Below are positions 49,018-53,846 of a stretch of 53,846 nucleotides of DNA, piece after piece (within the stretch, counting starts at the first letter, position 1; the number at the start of each line of letters is the position of its first letter). Below the pieces are notes generated by a model, which worked only from the letters and a program-made list of their open reading frames with translations, had not been told where the DNA came from and did no database searches. The DNA comes from Octopus sinensis (Eukaryota), in assembly GCF_006345805.1 (NCBI RefSeq), contig NW_021835112.1:1-53846 (forward strand), given 5' to 3'. Both the position numbers and the translations under genes were made by a program.

Positions 49018-49923
49018 TTATTTCTCTGTCTGTCTGTATGTATGTATGTATGCATGTATGTATGTATGTCTGAATGCTTGTCTGTCTGTCTGTCTGTCTA
49101 CCAATCTATCAATCTATTTATCTCTGTGTGTGTGTATATATATATATATACATACATACATACATACATACATATACATATAGATATATATGTATGTGTG
49201 TGTATGTATATACATGTATATATATACATACACATATATATATATACACATATATATGTGTATGTACGCATGTATGTATGTATGCATGCATGTATGTATG
49301 TATGTATGTATGTATGTATGTATGTATGTATGTATGTATTTATGTATGTATGTATGTATGTATGTATGTATGTATGTATATTGGCGCAGATGAATGGTAG
49401 AGAGTACGTTAATGATTCTATATACATCTGTGTTGTTCAGAGTTTCAATAAAATAGATTGTGTTCGGTTTCGAATAGTATGTACATATACATGTGTGCGT
49501 TATATTTGTGCGTTGCAATAGTGTGTCCATGAACCACGTCCATTACGGTGTCTAACTCACACAAGTCAGAGTTTGTTGAGATAGGTGAGAAGGAAGTATA
49601 AGTAGAGAAAAGACGAAGCTCACTATGTTCGAGAAGCAGATTAAGCAAACGATAGAAAGAAGTGTAAAGGGAGTGAATGAAAAGGAGACAGACACAGACA
49701 GTCAGACAGGCAAGCAAGCAGACAGACAGACAGACAGATAAGGGAGAAGAGAGAAAGAAAGCAAATTGGGAATGAAGATTGAACGTAAATCAGGAAAATT
49801 TCTTGGAGAAATACTTGGTAATGTATTGTAGAATAAGACTTAAAGACAATATTCTGTGTGAATAATTTGTGAGAGAGAAAGTGGCTATATCTTAGTGGGA
49901 TTTTGTATTAGACAGACAGACTG

Positions 49924-49970
<47 letters not shown>

Positions 49971-50021
49971 CAGACAGATCAAAACATCTATATATATATA
50001 TAGGAGAGGGGATATATACAC

Positions 50022-50066
<45 letters not shown>

Positions 50067-50690
50067 CATACATATATGCATATATATAAATAATATATAA
50101 AAATGCATATATGCATACATATATGTGTTACCTACATATATATGTATGTATACATGCATATATGGGTACAGGACAAAAAGCGTCAACAAAATGAAACGAG
50201 AATATAAAAAACAAAAACATATATATGTATGTATGTATGTATTATGTATATATGTATATATAAAAATATATAGAAGAGACAGAGACAAAGAAAAAGAGAG
50301 AGATTTATAGGAAGAATATAGATGTGTGTGTGTGCATACATATATATATATATACATAAATAGACGCACACACACACATACACACATATATATATATATA
50401 TCCATCATCTATCCATCCATCCATATATACATACATACATACATACATACATACATACATACATACATACATACATACATACAAACATACATACTTGAGC
50501 ATACTACATACATAAAACAAAACATACAAATGTGTACATAAATATATACATACCTACATATATACATACGTACGTACATACGTGCATACATACATACATA
50601 CTTGCACGAACTCACACATATATGCATGTATATATATATATGTATATGTAAATACGTATGTATGTATGTATGTATGTATGTATGTATATA
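48180..50690. repeat. Microsatellite-dominated block: (TATG), (TA), (GA), (TCTA), (CATA)
   Basis: Directly visible, with short unique interruptions (e.g. 48660-48900, 49500-49900). Confidence 0.9.
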
Positions 50691-50867
50691 CATTTAATTA
50701 GGTGGTATTATGTAATGCTACTTCCAACAAAGAATAGAGAATTACAATTGGGATTTGGCAGGTTCGGTACTTTTGTCTATCAAACTATATTTCTTTTAAT
50801 ATATGTCAATATGTATTTGTATATATATATACGTATGAACGCACAAACACACACATACAGACACACA

Positions 50868-50868
50868 T

Positions 50869-50957
<89 letters not shown>

Positions 50958-50982
50958 CAGACAGAGAGACAGACAGACAGAC

Positions 50983-51025
<43 letters not shown>

Positions 51026-51026
51026 C

Positions 51027-51076
<50 letters not shown>

Positions 51077-51093
51077 GTAGATAGATAGGTAGG

Positions 51094-51128
<35 letters not shown>

Positions 51129-51129
51129 G

Positions 51130-51215
<86 letters not shown>
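50868..51215. repeat. Long (GATA)n array with GACA/GGTA variants
   Basis: About 350 bp, directly visible. Confidence 0.97.
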
Positions 51216-51216
<1 letters not shown>

Positions 51217-51909
51217 GCAAGCAGGCAGAGAGACAGATATACATATGTATATATATCCATGCATATATACATACATACATATATAAATATATATATGATA
51301 TATAAAAAGAACATATATGTGTTTGTGCATATGATATGTATAGCATATATTTGAGTCTATATAAGTAAGATGTGTATACACGTGTGTATATATCTATATT
51401 ATTCTTATGTATGTGTGTTTATGTTAAAATTTTCTATGATTTTGCCATGTGGTTGTTTGATTTATTGTTTAATTTATGTTTGTAATTAACTTTTCACTTA
51501 AGGCTAGATATACTCAGCTCGGAAGTTTCCACTATTTTCCTATTTGTTCGGTTACAACAGATCGGTGTCTATAAAATAACAATATCTATGTATCTAATTC
51601 TTTATAATCTTTTCCCCTGAAGATGGTTCGCTATGAATTCAGCTATATGATTAAGGTCCCTGTAGGCACATAGCTATTTAGGAAGTTTTGAGAACGTTAT
51701 TCTATAATTACATACGATAACGTTTTGTACGTGAACTGAAGTGTTGCAAAAGTTTAATCGATGTAAGCGTTCGGATATTTTCATAAATTCACCTTTCTTT
51801 AAAGGTTATTACTAAATCAAATACTCCATAAAATGTATTTTTCAAATTTCAATTGCAGAATGTAGTCATAAAGTTATTGTTGATAATTAAAATGTAAATT
51901 AGAGTTTTC

Positions 51910-51969
51910 TCGGTCTCTGTCTGTCTGACTGTCTGTCTCTCTGTCTCTGTCTCTGTCTGTCTGTCTGTC

Positions 51970-52065
<96 letters not shown>
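51910..52065. repeat. (TCTG)n(CT)n microsatellite
   Basis: Directly visible. Confidence 0.95.
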
Positions 52066-52067
<2 letters not shown>

Positions 52068-52129
52068 ACGCCATGATAGATCGTTAGCCACTGCACACAT
52101 TTTTTTCGCTCCTTGTTTGTTCTGTGTCC

Positions 52130-52165
52130 CTTTCTGTGGAAGAGCGTAGGCTTGAAACGTAAAAG
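52130..52165 (+). ncRNA. Minimal hammerhead with variant core (A6 replaced by U)
   Basis: CTTT-CTGTGGA-A-GAGC[GTAG]GCTT-GAAA-CG-T-A-AAAG. Stems I and II pair, palindromic ACGT, GUA triplet; lies in a ~190-bp pLTR-like segment at 52066-52256. Confidence 0.65.
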
Positions 52166-52258
52166 ACTTTTTCTATTCCTGAGCGTGATTCTAATACATC
52201 TGTTTGTTTTGTACACCACCTGTCTTCGTCTTTTGTTTTTTCGTAACTCTCCCTAATA

Positions 52259-52388
52259 TGTCAACGCCGACAATGATTGAACTTTGAAATGCTCCGCAAC
52301 TTTCCCACCAAAGTAGAACGCACGATATTATTCGTAAAACTTCCAGCATATGTAACAACAGCCTGCTTATGCAGGCGAATTCTTGACA

Positions 52389-52439
<51 letters not shown>

Positions 52440-52719
52440 GTCTATTTTTCTGTTTAATTAAGTCTTAACCTAGGATGAGATATATATATAGTTCTGAAAT
52501 TCTCTCTGTCTTCGTTCGATTTTTCTAGCTACAAATCTACGTTTGTCTGTATGACAGCAGCGGCGTGTCTTCTGCATACAAGAAATGTTATCAAGAATTC
52601 GCCTGCATAAGCAAGGCTGTTGTTACATATGCTGGAAGTTTTACGAATAATATCGTGCGTTCTACTTTGGTGGGAAAGTTGCAGAGCATTTCAAAGTTCA
52701 ATCATTGTCGGCGTTGACA
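52259..52719. mobile_element. Young foldback/MITE with ~134-bp near-perfect TIRs and TA TSD
   Basis: 52259-52392 versus reverse complement of 52585-52719: I count 2 substitutions and 1 indel. TA at 52257-58 and 52720-21. Confidence 0.92.
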
Positions 52720-52774
52720 TATTTTCATATATAACTATTACCTCTGTGTGTGTGTGTGTGTGTGTGTGTGTTGT

Positions 52775-53846
52775 GCGTGCGTGCGCAATTTCAGACTATA
52801 ACATTTCTCAGCCCATAAACGTTTTAAGAGCATCTTGGTGTCATGTTCTGAAAAAGTAATGGTAGAACAGATGTGCCGTATATGAAAAGCGCAAAGCCGG
52901 TTGATGTGCTTTCGGTACAGCACCATAAAGCAATGAAATCAAAATAACCGACTTATATACATCGACTCTCACCCTCAATGTTACGTCGTGCCTGTTCCAA
53001 AGCCTATGATATAGCTTACCGAAAGTGGAACTAGCCTTCTCAGTTCCGAACTCAATTTCTTTATCCATCTTAGCATCAATGGACACAATGGAGCCAATCT
53101 TAGTGAAGGTGGAATCAGTTTTTGATACTTTCCCATCGACTTATACAGTAACGGCAAAAGCGGGAGGATGGTCACGAATGGGCTGATGCATAAACTCGAT
53201 TTTCTTGATGCTGATGGTCAGACCAAAAGCCTCCGATGCTCACCAGAAGTTGTTTAGAACCCATTACATGTCCTCAAGAATCTGTGCTACACGTGCACAA
53301 TCGTCTGCGAAGAGTAAATCTCGAACTGCTTGCATTAAAGTCTTAGCTTTTGCTTTGAAGTTCTGTTGATTGAACAAGTCACCACCGGTTGTGAAATCAA
53401 ACTTTACTCTTTCTTTAACACCCCCAACTCCCGAATGCCGTTCTTAACATGGTGGAGAAATATAAAGCGGCGCAAGAACACAACCTTGTTTTGTCCCATT
53501 TGGGACTGTGAATGAGTCGGATACTTCCCTACTAGACCTAACAGAAGCCATCATCTCCTGATGGAAGGAAATTACGACATTGAGCATCTTTTCCAGAACA
53601 CCTAGCTTTCTAAGGACAACCCAAAAAGCATCCAGAGATACGGTGTCAAAAGCTTTAGTTAGATCTACAAAAATGACCAAAAGGTTTCAGTTGTACTCAC
53701 GAGGCTTTTCCTGCAGTGATTTTAGTCTGAAAATCATAACCATTGTGCCTCTACCAACCCAAAATCCACACCGAGATTCAGGCAACACTAAGCTGGCAAG
53801 GGAATCATTTAGTCTGCTTATAATACCTTCCAAGGATTTTCCTGGA
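52775..53846 (-). mobile_element. RTE-clade LINE reverse transcriptase pseudogene (runs off the window end)
   Basis: LPESRCGF..GRGT..MIF; IFVDLTKAFDTVS; GTKQGCVLAP; DLLFADDCA; FGLTISIKK; DKEIEF..KASSTFGKL; VYKSVILISLLYG. Frameshifts present. Confidence 0.93.

Noticed and set aside
51617-51660. CTGAAGA followed by a weak hairpin
   Set aside because: No GAAA downstream; cannot be built into a hammerhead.

Overview
Eukaryotic, very AT-rich, repeat-saturated DNA. The microsatellite load and the SINE/LINE families point to a cephalopod, probably Octopus (inference, not verified). I cannot support any intact host gene, and almost all supplied ORFs are translated microsatellites. Recognisable content is decayed transposable elements: two RTE LINE pieces plus an RTE-like 3' end with three C2H2 fingers, four R4/Dong pieces (three abutting (TAA)n), one probable Tx1/L1 3' end, Penelope-like element (PLE) fragments of Naiad-like and Neptune-like type, a BED-hAT, a mariner, a DD37D maT, several tRNA-SINEs and several TIR/foldback elements. 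The feature the ORF track misses is a dense set of minimal type I hammerhead ribozyme (HHR) motifs: eight fully parsed plus further relics, from several unrelated repeat families. Nearly all have a self-complementary stem III, the dimer-type PLE architecture. They sit in three unusual carriers: (1) a tRNA-headed SINE-like element with an intact HHR (8316-8594); (2) a long inverted-repeat family whose arms each carry an outward-facing HHR (12660-13376; intact motif at 26172-26217); (3) a ~270 bp element with ~68 bp inverted ends enclosing an HHR (24700-24970), next to a further HHR cluster with 551-bp-spaced direct repeats. All folds were parsed by eye; activity and novelty are untested.
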